Below, piece after piece: positions 18,070 to 28,353 of a stretch of 64,000 nt of DNA. The stretch covers positions 1,344,001-1,408,000 of the forward strand of contig CAVWLP010000002.1 of NCBI GenBank assembly GCA_963755915.1, read 5' to 3'. The notes beneath the pieces were generated by a model that saw only the letters and a list, made by a program, of their open reading frames with translations, was not told the origin of the DNA and did no database searches. Made by a program: the position numbers and the translations under genes. Source of the DNA: an uncultured Phycisphaerales bacterium. GTDB lineage: Bacteria; Planctomycetota; Phycisphaerae; Tepidisphaerales; Tepidisphaeraceae. Numbering within the stretch: the first letter of the stretch is position 1; every line of letters begins with the position of its first letter.

Positions 18070-18779
18070 GGGGGACCGCGAAGAACCATCCGCTTGCACT
18101 GCTCGAGCGGAAAATCGTGGCTTGCCGGCAGTGCCCTCGGCTGCGGAAGTATTGCGAAACAGTTGCCCGCGAAAAGCGGCGGGCGTTTTTGGATTGGACC
18201 TATTGGGGCAAGCCCGTGCCGGGGTTTGGGTATGCAGAGGCGCCGATCTGGATCGTGGGTTTGGCGCCGGCGGCGCATGGAGCGAATCGCACGGGACGTG
18301 TTTTCACGGGGGATCGTTCGAGCGATTTTTTATTTGCGGCGCTGTACCGCGCCGGTCTGGCGAATCAGCCGCTGTCGATTCGCGCGGGAGATGGTCTGGC
18401 GCTCCGCGGCGTTTTTATCAGTGCGGCAGTGCGATGCGCGCCGCCGGGGAACAAGCCGCTGCCGGATGAAGCGGCCAACTGCGCCGCCTTTCTGGATCGG
18501 GAGTGGGAGGCGCTGAAAAATGTCCGGTCGATTCTGGCGCTGGGGAAAATTGCCTGGGATGCGGTGCTGGCCATGGCGCGGAGGAATGGGTGTGAACTGC
18601 CGGACGCGCGGCCGGCGTTTGGCCATGGGGCGGAGCTGCGGCTGAGCGAAACCCGTTGGCTCATCGGGTCTTATCACGTTAGCCAGCAAAACACATTTAC
18701 CGGAAAGCTGACCCCCAAAATGTTCGATAATATCCTCAGGCAAACGGCCTTACGCTGCGGAATACCGCTTGTTTCTTGA
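18066..18779 (+). CDS. Uracil-DNA glycosylase family 5 (UdgB-like, Fe-S)
   Basis: CRQCPRL, GLAPAAHGANRTGRVFTGDRS, VRCAPPGNKP, SYHVSQQNTFTG. Confidence 0.9.
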   Translation: MRGTAKNHPLALLERKIVACRQCPRLRKYCETVAREKRRAFLDWTYWGKPVPGFGYAEAPIWIVGLAPAAHGANRTGRVFTGDRSSDFLFAALYRAGLANQPLSIRAGDGLALRGVFISAAVRCAPPGNKPLPDEAANCAAFLDREWEALKNVRSILALGKIAWDAVLAMARRNGCELPDARPAFGHGAELRLSETRWLIGSYHVSQQNTFTGKLTPKMFDNILRQTALRCGIPLVS

Positions 18780-18825
18780 CATTCACCGCAATTTACTCAA
18801 TACTCTAAGGACAATTGAATAAGTG

Positions 18826-18937
18826 TTCTTATCGAGAGTGGTTGAGGGTTAGGGCCCGATGAAACCACAGCAAAAGTTTTAAGCTCCGGCTTGAAATGAG
18901 TGCTAACTCCCTCCTGGGAAACCGGGAAAGATAAGAA
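18826..18937 (+). ncRNA. SAM-I riboswitch (S-box)
   Basis: TTCTTATC-GAGAG..GAGGG..GGCCCGATGAAACC.CAGCAA..GTGCTAACTCC..GGAAA-GATAAGAA; P1 = TTCTTATC/GATAAGAA. Confidence 0.92.
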
Positions 18938-18994
18938 GAGCCTACACGTCCTTCGTCGCTGCCTCTTCTTATCGTTAGAAGAGGAAACAATCCC

Positions 18995-20275
18995 ATGAGC
19001 TACGTTGTTGGTTTGAAGTGTAAGGAATGCGGTCATCGGCGCCCGTCTCGGCGGTGCATGTGTGCGAGGCCTGTTTTGGACCGTATGAAGTTGAATATGA
19101 CTACGCCGCGATGAAGGGAAACGTGACGCGGCAATCTATCCTCGCCGGGCCTAGAAGCCTGTGGCGATATAAGGACCTGCTTCCCGTTTCCGAGCCGAAA
19201 AGCGGCTTCAACTCGGGATTCACACCGCTGCGAAAGGCGCAGCGCTTGGGCAAGGAGCTGGGGTGCGATGAACTTTGGATCAAAGATGATTCGTGCAACT
19301 ACCCGACCTATTCGTACAAGGAGCGCGTCGTTTCCGTCGCCATCTCCAAGGCGATTGAATTTGGCTTCGACACCGTGGGCTGCGCAAGCACCGGCAACCT
19401 TGCCAACAGCACGGCGGCTCATGCGGCCATTGCGGGACTTCGATGCTTTGTGATGATCCCGTTCGATCTGGAGCAGGGGAAGGTCCTCGGCAGTTTGATT
19501 TTCGGCCCGACAATGGTGCGCATCCGCGGGACGTACGATGACGTCAATCGGCTCTGTACGGAGATTGCCGACAAGTATGGCTGGGCAATTGTGAACGTGA
19601 ATCTACGGCCCTATTACACTGAAGGAGCCAAGACGTACGGGTTCGAAATCGCCGAGCAGCTTGGATGGCGGCTGCCGCAGCACACGATTGTTCCCACGGC
19701 GGGGGGGACGATTTTGCCGAAGGTTTACAAGGCCTATCGCGAATTTATCGAGCTGGGAATCGTCGAGGACAATCAACCGAAGATTTATTCGGCCCAGGCG
19801 GCGGGTTGTAATCCCGTCGTCAAGGCGATTCACAAGGGGATCGATATCATCGAGCCGCAGAAGCCCAACACAATGGCCAAGAGCATCGCAATCGGCAACC
19901 CTGCGGATGGATATTACGTCTGGCATGCCGTCAAGGATTCCGGCGGGTGGGGCGAAAGCGCTTCGGATCGGGAAATCGTCGACGCAATCAAGCTGCTGGC
20001 CAAGACCGAAGGAATCTGGACGGAGCCCGCCGGCGGAACGACCCTTGCCGTGACGATGAAACTGATCGCAGCAGGGGCGGATTCCGAAAAACGAATCGAT
20101 TTGCGTGAGCATTACCGGCAATGGTCTGAAAACCCTGGAAGCGGTGCAGGGCGATTTGGTTTATCCCGAAGTAATCGAGGCGAAACTGTCGGAATTCGAC
20201 GCGCTTCTGGATCGCCAGAAGGCCGCCGCCAAGCCACAGCCCCGTCCACAGCATTCTGAAGTTTCAGTGGTATAA
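18995..20275 (+). CDS. thrC: Threonine synthase-like PLP enzyme (frameshifts near 19040 and 20075)
   Basis: LKCKECG..CEACFGP, PTYSYKER, CASTGNLA, EGAKT, EPAGG; corrected C-terminus SITGNGLKT. Confidence 0.85.
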
Positions 20276-20292
20276 TCCGATAAAGGAAAAAG

Positions 20293-20568
20293 ATGAGCAT
20301 CAAAGTAAGAATTCCCTCTCCTCTGCGAAATTACACCCAGGGCGCCGATGTCGTGGAAACCGAAGGCGCGAACATCGGCGAGGTTCTCAATGGCTTGAAA
20401 GCCAAGGCCGCGGGCATCGAAACCCGGCTGTTTAAGGGGCCGAATCAGCTCAACCGGTTCGTGAACATCTATCTCAATGAAGAGGATATTCGCTTTTTGA
20501 AGAACCTGGAGACACCCGTGAAGCCGGGGGACGAAGTGAGCATCGTGCCGGCGATTGCAGGGGGCTGA
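20293..20568 (+). CDS. MoaD/ThiS/CysO-type ubiquitin-like sulfur carrier
   Basis: VRIPSPLR..RFVNIYLNEEDIRF..IVPAIAGG C-terminus. Confidence 0.92.
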   Translation: MSIKVRIPSPLRNYTQGADVVETEGANIGEVLNGLKAKAAGIETRLFKGPNQLNRFVNIYLNEEDIRFLKNLETPVKPGDEVSIVPAIAGG

Positions 20569-20831
20569 TGATGAACAAGGCTGCATTCTCACGCCGCTGC
20601 TGGTTTACCTTCCCCACCCGAAGCGAGGTGGAGCAGCCGATCATCTGGCAGATGAGCCGAAAATTCCCGGAGGTGATTTTCGATATCCGCCAGGCGAGCG
20701 TGCAGAACGAAATCGGGATCATGGCGGTGCTGCTCACGGGGCCGGAGAACGACGTGAAGACGGCGATCGAGTTCGTCCGTTCAAAAGGGGTTACAGTTGA
20801 GCCGATCGAAAAGAGCGTCGTTGAGGGGTAG
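20568..20831 (+). CDS. NIL domain protein
   Basis: FTFP..QPIIWQM..FDIRQASV..GIMAVLLTG..AIEFVRSKGVTVEPI. Confidence 0.85.
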   Translation: MMNKAAFSRRCWFTFPTRSEVEQPIIWQMSRKFPEVIFDIRQASVQNEIGIMAVLLTGPENDVKTAIEFVRSKGVTVEPIEKSVVEG

Positions 20832-20967
20832 CCGTCTGGACGAAGTTCGCGGGGGAGCGATTCGCGTCCGAAATCCGCATTTATACTTTTGCTGTTTATT
20901 TAACAATTCAAACTATTTTTTACGCGGGCTCTTTCGCTCGCACTTACAGAAAGACAATATTTAACTA

Positions 20968-23241
20968 ATGTCCGAAAACTTACATTCACAGATACTTTCA
21001 CATTTGAAATCCGAAACCTATCGCCCGCAGAAGGAGCGGCGACTGGCGCGCGAGCTGAACCTCGAGCGGGATGAGACTTATCCTGCATTTCGCGAAGCCA
21101 TTCGCGAGCTTCGACACGCCGGGCGAATCGTCTTCGGCGCCGGCGGATGCGTCATGCTTCCGACGCAGAACCTGGTTCCCGAGGGAATCGTCGGCACTTA
21201 CCGGCAGAACCCGCGCGGGTTCGGGTTTGTCATGCCCAGCGATCCCGATGGCCATGAAGACCTCTTCATCGCCGAGGGCGAAAACGGCGGCGCCATCACC
21301 GGCGACGTCGTCCGGGCGCAAATCACCAACCGCCAGCAGCGCGAAGGGAAGGTGATGTATCGCGGCCGCGTGATCGAGATCATCACCCGCTCGCAGAAGC
21401 GATTCGTGGGCACGCTGGCCCGCCAGCACGGGAAATGGCTCGTCCTTCCCGACGGCAACGTGCTCACGGCGCCGATTCTTACGCCTGACGCCGCGGCGCG
21501 GCATATCAAGCTGGGGACCAAGGTCGTCGTCGAACTCACCGCCTATCCCGTCGACGGCGTCGGCGCCGCGGGCGTTATCACCCGCGTGCTCGGTGAGGCC
21601 GGCGAGAAAGACGTCGATCTTCGCTCCGTCATCGTGCAGTTCAATCTTCCGGAGGAGTTTCCGGATGCCTGCCTCGATCAGGCGCGCCAGGCGGTTGATC
21701 GGTTTAATGTCAGCCGGCAATGGCCGGATCGACTGGATCTTTCTGATCGCATGATCTGCACCATCGATCCGGACGACGCGAAGGACTATGACGACGCGAT
21801 CAGCCTCCGGAAGCTCGACAACGGGCAGTGGGAGCTGGGGGTACACATTGCCGATGTTTCGCACTTCGTTCAGGATGGCTCGCCGCTGGATGTTGAAGCA
21901 AAGGAGCGGGGAAATAGCTGCTATTTCCCGGGCTTCGTGATTCCGATGCTTCCGGAGATTCTCTCCAACGGCGTCTGCAGCTTGCAGGAGGGCGTCCCGA
22001 GGTTGTGCAAGAGCGCGTTCATTACGTTCGACGACAGCGCACAGCCGATTCGGGCGAGTTTTGCGAATACTGTGATCCGCAGCGCGAATCGGCTGCGATA
22101 TCGCGAAGCGCAGGCGATCATCGACCACGCGGATATGGTTCCCCATCCGGAGGGCCCGAGGAAAATTGACGCGTACAATCCGGAGGTTGTCGAACTGCTG
22201 CACCAGATGAACGCGCTCGCGAAGCGGATTCAGAAGCGGCGACATGCGGCGGGGCAGATCGTGCTTGAACTGCCGGAGGTGGAGCTGGTGCTGGATGACA
22301 GCGGCAAAGTCGTTGACGCCAAGCCGGAGGATCAGAGCTTCACGCATACGCTGATTGAGATGTTCATGGTCGAGGCGAATGAGGCGGTTGCGCGGGCGCT
22401 GGATTCGACGCATACGCCGTTTCTCAGGCGAATTCACCCGACCCCCGAGCCGGAAAGCGGGGAGCGGCTGAAGCATTTCGTGGAGGTCGCGGGGTTCAGG
22501 CTTCCCAAGGACCTGGACCGCAAGGCGATTCAAAGTCTGCTGGCATCCGTGCGCGGCAAGCCGCAATCGTTCACCATCAACCTCGCGGTTCTCAAGAGCC
22601 TCACCCGGGCGGAATATTCGCCCAAGGTGGTCGGGCATTACGCGCTGGCGAGCGAGCATTATTGTCACTTTACGAGCCCGATCCGCCGGTATGCGGATTT
22701 GACGATTCATCGATTGCTCGATCAATTTATCGCGGCTGGGGCAAAGGGGGGGCGGCGCTTGAAGCTGGATGGGGCGCCCTCGGAGCAGAACCTTGTCGAT
22801 CTTGGCAAGCAGCTCAGCTTTACCGAAAGGCGGGCAGATGATGCCGAGCGGGAATTACGTAAAGTCAAGCTCCTGGAGCTGCTGCAAGGCCACGTCGGTG
22901 AAGATTTCGACGGCGTGGTGACGGGCATCGCCAACTTCGGCATCTTCGTGCAGCTCAGTACCTGGCTGATCGACGGATTGATTCGCTATGAAGACCTGCT
23001 GGATGACTGGTGGGATGTCGACGAGCGCAGCGGCGTGATCCGCGGCCAGCGGACCGGGCGGCGAATCAAGATCGGCGATACCGCGAAGGTGCGGATCGTG
23101 CGGGTGGATCCGCCGAGGCGGGAATTGAGTTTGGCGATTGCCGAGCTTCAGTCGCGGCCGGAGAAGAAGGGGCAACAGGAACCGAAGAAGAAACAGCACC
23201 GGAAGGGGAAATCTTTGCCGCGGCGGCATAAGAGGAGGTAG
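20968..23241 (+). CDS. rnr: Ribonuclease R
   Basis: GFGFV cold-shock domain, TIDPDDAKDYDDAIS, HFTSPIRRYADL, S1 domain, basic tail. Confidence 0.96.
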   Translation: MSENLHSQILSHLKSETYRPQKERRLARELNLERDETYPAFREAIRELRHAGRIVFGAGGCVMLPTQNLVPEGIVGTYRQNPRGFGFVMPSDPDGHEDLFIAEGENGGAITGDVVRAQITNRQQREGKVMYRGRVIEIITRSQKRFVGTLARQHGKWLVLPDGNVLTAPILTPDAAARHIKLGTKVVVELTAYPVDGVGAAGVITRVLGEAGEKDVDLRSVIVQFNLPEEFPDACLDQARQAVDRFNVSRQWPDRLDLSDRMICTIDPDDAKDYDDAISLRKLDNGQWELGVHIADVSHFVQDGSPLDVEAKERGNSCYFPGFVIPMLPEILSNGVCSLQEGVPRLCKSAFITFDDSAQPIRASFANTVIRSANRLRYREAQAIIDHADMVPHPEGPRKIDAYNPEVVELLHQMNALAKRIQKRRHAAGQIVLELPEVELVLDDSGKVVDAKPEDQSFTHTLIEMFMVEANEAVARALDSTHTPFLRRIHPTPEPESGERLKHFVEVAGFRLPKDLDRKAIQSLLASVRGKPQSFTINLAVLKSLTRAEYSPKVVGHYALASEHYCHFTSPIRRYADLTIHRLLDQFIAAGAKGGRRLKLDGAPSEQNLVDLGKQLSFTERRADDAERELRKVKLLELLQGHVGEDFDGVVTGIANFGIFVQLSTWLIDGLIRYEDLLDDWWDVDERSGVIRGQRTGRRIKIGDTAKVRIVRVDPPRRELSLAIAELQSRPEKKGQQEPKKKQHRKGKSLPRRHKRR

Positions 23242-23596
23242 GCGGGGATAACGAATTTTGGGTTCGGGGCATTGAATACAAAACTTTACAGTCGGTAGTC
23301 TTTCCTGTTCCAAGATTTCAAGAGCTGCGACCGACGCGTTGGAGCTCAACGCCGACCCCAAAGCTGGATACGAAAAAGCTCCTTTGGTGGGCCAACCAAG
23401 ATTACCGGTTTGCGGTTCACGCGGCTGCATTTGCGACAGTTTTTTGGCGTCGCTCGCGCCTAACTAATGGCAAATGCGGGGATAATGCAGATATGGCGCA
23501 CCCTTGCCTTAGTCGGTTATCGCGTGATTTTAGCTCAGATTTTTTGACTCCCAGGCGCTGCGCATTTAAGCTCCCCAAACGCATTCGGGAGGGCCA

Positions 23597-24706
23597 GTGG
23601 GAAGTTTCCGCCTAATCGTTTGGGTAGCACTCTTCTCGATTGCTTTGTTTATTGGAGGCGCCATTGCGGCTCCGCTCTATTCGATAACGGATTTGGGCAG
23701 CCTCGCTGGGGAGGGAGGCGCTGCGTCGGGGATCAACGAGACTGGTCAGATTGTCGGGTACTCCTACGCTTCCGTCGGCAACGGGAATTACGCAGCGCAC
23801 GCCGTCCGTTACCAGAATGGTGTCGTCACCGATTTGGGCACCCTGGGCGGCTATAGCGATGCGGATGCGATCAACGACAATGGTGAAATCGTCGGCAGCT
23901 CCTCCACGAATACAGTCGACTCACCGTTTTACGCCTTCTCCTACCAGAATGGCAGCATGAACAACTTGGGGACCCTCGGCGGCGGCGGCAGCAACGCCTA
24001 CGGCATTAACGACAATGGCCAGATCGCGGGTAATTCCGGCACCGCGGCTGGTCCTGTTCACGCCTTCCTTTATCAAAACGGGACCATGAAAGACTTGGGT
24101 ACGTTTGGTGGCCTAAACAGCGATGCCCATGCCATCAACGCCAGCGGTGAAATTGTTGGCGACTCCCAGAATTCCCTGAATGTGGATTATGCCTTCCTGT
24201 ATCAAAACGGAAGCATGATGAATCTCGGCCTGCCGGCCAACGCGATCCAATCCTCTGCCAATGCGATCAACAACAACGGCCAAATCGCTGGCTATGCCCA
24301 ATATCCCAGTACAACTTCCAGTTTTCTCGAGCACGCGGCCCTATACGACAACGGAACCTGGACCGACTTGGGCGTTCTCCCCGGCGCTACTACGAGCGAC
24401 GGATTTGGAATCAATGATGATCTCACCATCGTCGGTGATTCTTACTGTACATCAGGCCCTCGCGCGTTCGTCTACAGCAGCGGAACAATGTACGACCTGA
24501 ACACGCTGATCCCCGCGAACAGCGGCTGGACGCTCAAGGACGCATTCGCCATCAATGACTCCGGATGGATCGTCGGGGACGGAATCAACCCCGAGGGAAT
24601 CGACGAGCCATACCTATTGACCCCCGTACCCGAACCGGCCACGATTTCACTTCTACTAATCACTGGGGTCGGCACCCTGATTCGCCGCCCAAAGCAATTG
24701 GCGTGA
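23597..24706 (+). CDS. PEP-CTERM exported protein with HAF repeats
   Basis: Repeated DLGTLGG..A.AIN..GQIVG..HAFLY; VPEPATISLL..RR tail. Confidence 0.9.
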   Translation: MGSFRLIVWVALFSIALFIGGAIAAPLYSITDLGSLAGEGGAASGINETGQIVGYSYASVGNGNYAAHAVRYQNGVVTDLGTLGGYSDADAINDNGEIVGSSSTNTVDSPFYAFSYQNGSMNNLGTLGGGGSNAYGINDNGQIAGNSGTAAGPVHAFLYQNGTMKDLGTFGGLNSDAHAINASGEIVGDSQNSLNVDYAFLYQNGSMMNLGLPANAIQSSANAINNNGQIAGYAQYPSTTSSFLEHAALYDNGTWTDLGVLPGATTSDGFGINDDLTIVGDSYCTSGPRAFVYSSGTMYDLNTLIPANSGWTLKDAFAINDSGWIVGDGINPEGIDEPYLLTPVPEPATISLLLITGVGTLIRRPKQLA

Positions 24707-24866
24707 TGCTTCGCGGTTTCAGGTTCAATGCCCGCGCCGGAATCGCGCTTCTAAACAAATCTTAACCGTTTGCGCAGGCGCGATCTGGCCAGGCCACCGT
24801 TCTTAACGTCTCACTCTCTTAAATTCGCGCCCAAGCGGCCACATGTGACCGGAGAATTCTTTTCAG

Positions 24867-24906
24867 ACCCTCACCCTAACCCTCTCCCAGAGTACTGGGA
24901 GACGGG
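24867..24906. repeat. REP-like palindromic repeat
   Basis: ccctcaccctaaccctctcccagagtactgggagacggg. Confidence 0.7.
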
Positions 24907-24994
24907 AAATACGGCGGTAATGGATTTTCGGCCCCGGCGCGTATTCCAAGTAAAGCCCACCCCCCATTTGGTCCGATAATCACCCAATAGACCC

Positions 24995-26973
24995 ATGCAC
25001 GAAGAACTCGTAGAAGTCCTGGTATCGAGTAAAAACGAGGCGGCGGATGACCTCCTCGTCGAAGGCCTCCGCCTCGGCGCGGAGCCGGAGCAATCTGTCA
25101 TTCTCAACGCCATACTCCAGCGGAAATCGATTCGCTCGCTTTCGGGGGTCGTAGAGCAATACGAGACGCTTTCGCCTCGGCTTCAGCATTCGATCCTGGC
25201 GAATATCAAAACGCTGCATCATGCCTTGCGGGAATGCGGCCGGAGCGATCGGATGGAGTTGCGGCAGGCGGCCATGCGGCTGATCGCCCTCAGCCGGGAG
25301 TGCAAGCTGGCGTATGTCATTACCGAAAACCTGCACGACACGGATGAAGCGCTAAGCAAATCGGCAGCCGAGGCGATCGTGGCGCTGGCCCGGTGGGTTT
25401 CGACGAGCACCCGGCTGCTCCAGCGCAAATATAGGCCGCCGGCGGATGCATTTTCTGAGCCGCAGGCCGACGTCACGCAGGCGCCTTCGACCGCCAACAG
25501 CCTTGAAGAGCCGCCGGAAGATTTTCAGGCGTTGTATCAGACTCTCATGGAGCAGCGGCCGGAGATTGAGACCGTCGTTGCCCGGGCGATCGACGTTCAC
25601 CGCGGGCGGCATGGGCAGGACCTGCTTCGCGCCGCGCTGCTCCTGTGCGACTGGCCCGGCAGCAAGACGCTGGCCATTCTGCAAACGACCAAGCATGGGG
25701 GGCAGAGCGCGATGGTTCGGCGCCTCCAGCAGCCGCCGGAGGCGGAGCATATTGAAGCGTTTCTGCTGGGGGCGACGCATGGGCAGCTTCGGCTTCATTT
25801 CGGGTCGGTGTTTTCGCATATTGAAGAGCCGACGGTTCTTGACGCCATTTTGCGGAAGACGCACTGGCTGAAGGATCATCAGCTACAACTCTGCATGCAC
25901 CAGGTGAATCGGGGGGTCTGGTGGCAGGAGGGGGAGCTGCTTAGGGACGCGAGCCGGCGCGAGCCGAAGGAGGCGGCCAGGATCGGGGATTGGGTGGCAA
26001 GCTCGGGGATGCACGATCTGATGCAGGACGAGCGGCTGACGTTTCTGGCGCAGCATGGGCGCACGATCTGGACGCGCGGCTGCGGCTGCTTAGCGTCGCG
26101 ATGCGGCGAAAGAAATGCGAGAGCGTGCAGTTTCTCCGGTTCATGCTGGCGGACGCGGATGAGCGATTGGTGCGGATGGCGGCACGGGAAATTGTCCGGC
26201 GCAGGCCGCCCGATTTTGAGAATATGCTGCTGCAACTAATGACCAATGCTCCGCTGTCGGTGCGGCGGGTGGTGAGCCGCTCGATCGGGCATGCGGGGTT
26301 TGAGCAATATTGGGACCGCTTCGATCATCTGGATCGTCCGACGCGAAAGCAGGCGGGAAAGGCGATGCTGAAGCTGATGCCGGATTCGCCGCAGCGGCTC
26401 GCGCGGCGACTGGCTTCGGGGCCGATAGAGCAGCGGCTCAAGGCCCTGCAGATCACGCAGGAGCTGGGGCTTGTGGAACCGCTTCGCGAGCAGGTGATGG
26501 CGCTGGCCAACCACGCCCACCCGAAGGTGCGCAGCAAGGCGGTGATGGTTTTGGGCGAAACGCCAGGGGCTTCGGTGGAATTGCTGATGGAGAGGATCGT
26601 TCGCGACACCGATTCGCGGGTGCGGGCGAATGCGATCGAGGTGCTGGAGAATCACCAGACGCCGGAATTTATCGCGCTGCTGGCGGAGCGATCGCGGACG
26701 ACCAACAACCGGGAGCGGGCCAATGCGATTAAGGCGCTGCACCGGATGCGCGTGGGGAACGTGGGGCCGGCGCTGATGCTCATGCTCCAGGACCAGCGGC
26801 CGGAGCATCGAATCTCGGCCATGTGGGCATTGAAGCAAATCGGGTGGTGGAAGCTGCTGCACGAGGTGGGGCGGATCGCCAAGGTCGATCCGAATCTGCG
26901 CGTGCGGCGGTATGCGGTTACCGTGCTGAAGGGCGTGGCCGAACTGGTTCAAACCCAGAAGGGAGTGGGCTGA
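24995..26973 (+). CDS. HEAT-repeat protein (frameshift near 26060)
   Basis: DADERLVRMAAREI, HPKVRSKAVMVLG, DSRVRANAIEVL, RISAMWAL repeats. Confidence 0.8.
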
Positions 26974-27410
26974 TGATTCACCTGGTCACACTTTGCACGT
27001 TGCCGCTGGCGAACCCTACTCAGGAAGAGGTTTTTCAGAGCATCAACAACCAGATGACGACGCCGGTCGATCTGAGCAAGGCCGTTCCCTACCTGCTGGT
27101 GGCCATCGCGACTGCGATCATGGTGGGGTTGTATAACTATCATCGAAAGCGCCGGGCGAATCCGGGGCGATTGAACAACCCGGCGAAGCTTTCCCGCGAG
27201 ATCTGCCGGCGCGTCAGCTTGCGGTCGGCGGAGCTGAAGCAACTCAAACTGCTGGCTGATGAGCAGGAAGTGGAATATCCGTTCACGCTGATTTTGTGTC
27301 CGTCGCTACTGGGCAAGGCGATTCGCTCGCAAAGCCCGCGCGTGGATCGGGCGGTGGTGCGGGCGATTGTGGAGAAGCTGAAGCAGAGCCTGGCGGAGCG
27401 GGGGCAATAA
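26973..27410 (+). CDS. Hypothetical membrane protein
   Basis: Starts at the stop of the HEAT gene; TM segment YLLVAIATAIMVGLY followed by basic residues. Confidence 0.65.
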   Translation: MIHLVTLCTLPLANPTQEEVFQSINNQMTTPVDLSKAVPYLLVAIATAIMVGLYNYHRKRRANPGRLNNPAKLSREICRRVSLRSAELKQLKLLADEQEVEYPFTLILCPSLLGKAIRSQSPRVDRAVVRAIVEKLKQSLAERGQ

Positions 27411-27470
27411 GTAGAAGCGGCGTCCTCGCCGCTTGCACGTCTGACTAAAGCGGCGGGACGCCGCTTCTAC
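27411..27470. repeat. GTAG-type REP doublet
   Basis: GTAGAAGCGGCGTCC ... GGACGCCGCTTCTAC, a perfect 15-bp inverted repeat; degenerate copy at 1497. Confidence 0.8.
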
Positions 27471-27483
27471 TATAATCCCCGCG

Positions 27484-28353
27484 ATGGCTGGAAAGATTAT
27501 TGACGGGGCCGCCCTTGCGGAGCAGATCAAGCGCGACGTCCGCGGCCGGGCTTCTGAGCTGGCGGCGGCCGGGCGCAGGCCGGCGCTGGTGGCGATTCTG
27601 ATTGGCTCTTCGCCGGCGGGGGAGCTTTATGCGAGCCGGCAGGCGCAGGCGTGCGAAAACGTGGGGATCGGCTATCGCCTCCATAAATTAGCCGCCGAGA
27701 CGACGCAGAAAACCGCCGAGGAGGCGATCAGATCGCTCAGCGCGGATCCGTCCGTCACCGGGATCATGCTTCATCTGCCCGTGCCGGGGCATCTGAATGC
27801 GACGGATCTTCAATACAAGATCGATCCGGTGAAGGACGTGGAGGGGGTAAACCCGGCAAACATTGGGTACGTCGTTTATGGGCACACGCTGATCGCCCCA
27901 TGCACAGCGCAGGCCGTGCTGGAATTGATCGACGCGACCGGGGCGGAGCTTCGCGGGACCGAGGCGGTGGTTGTGGGGGCGAGCGAAATTGCGGGCAAGC
28001 CGATCGCGCTGCTGCTGACGCAGCGATTGGCGACGGTGACCTTGTGCCATATCGCAACGCGCGATCTGAAATCGCACACCCGGCGCGCGGATATCCTGGT
28101 CGTCGCGGCGGGGAAGGCGGGGCTCATTGGCGCGGACCACGTGAAAGAAGGGGCGATTGTAATTGACGTGGGAATCAACCGGATTGCGGCCGCGGATGGA
28201 AGCAAGAAAACGGTGGGGGATGTGGATTTTGAGGCGGTCAGTCCGAAGGTTTCGCACATTACGCCGGTGCCCGGGGGCGTGGGGCCGATGACTGTGGCGA
28301 TGCTGCTGAAGAATACGATTCGGAGTTCGAATCTTGCCGATTCGATTTCATGA
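27484..28353 (+). CDS. folD: Methylenetetrahydrofolate dehydrogenase/cyclohydrolase
   Basis: IIDGAALA, KDVEG, PCTA, VIDVGINR, TPVPGGVGPMTVAMLL. Confidence 0.96.
   Translation: MAGKIIDGAALAEQIKRDVRGRASELAAAGRRPALVAILIGSSPAGELYASRQAQACENVGIGYRLHKLAAETTQKTAEEAIRSLSADPSVTGIMLHLPVPGHLNATDLQYKIDPVKDVEGVNPANIGYVVYGHTLIAPCTAQAVLELIDATGAELRGTEAVVVGASEIAGKPIALLLTQRLATVTLCHIATRDLKSHTRRADILVVAAGKAGLIGADHVKEGAIVIDVGINRIAAADGSKKTVGDVDFEAVSPKVSHITPVPGGVGPMTVAMLLKNTIRSSNLADSIS

Noticed and set aside
20998-22725. 575-aa antisense ORF over rnr (similarly 59660-61381 over rpoD and 10626-11714 over GH28)
   Set aside because: Typical stop-poor shadow ORFs in high-GC DNA, with no recognisable motifs.
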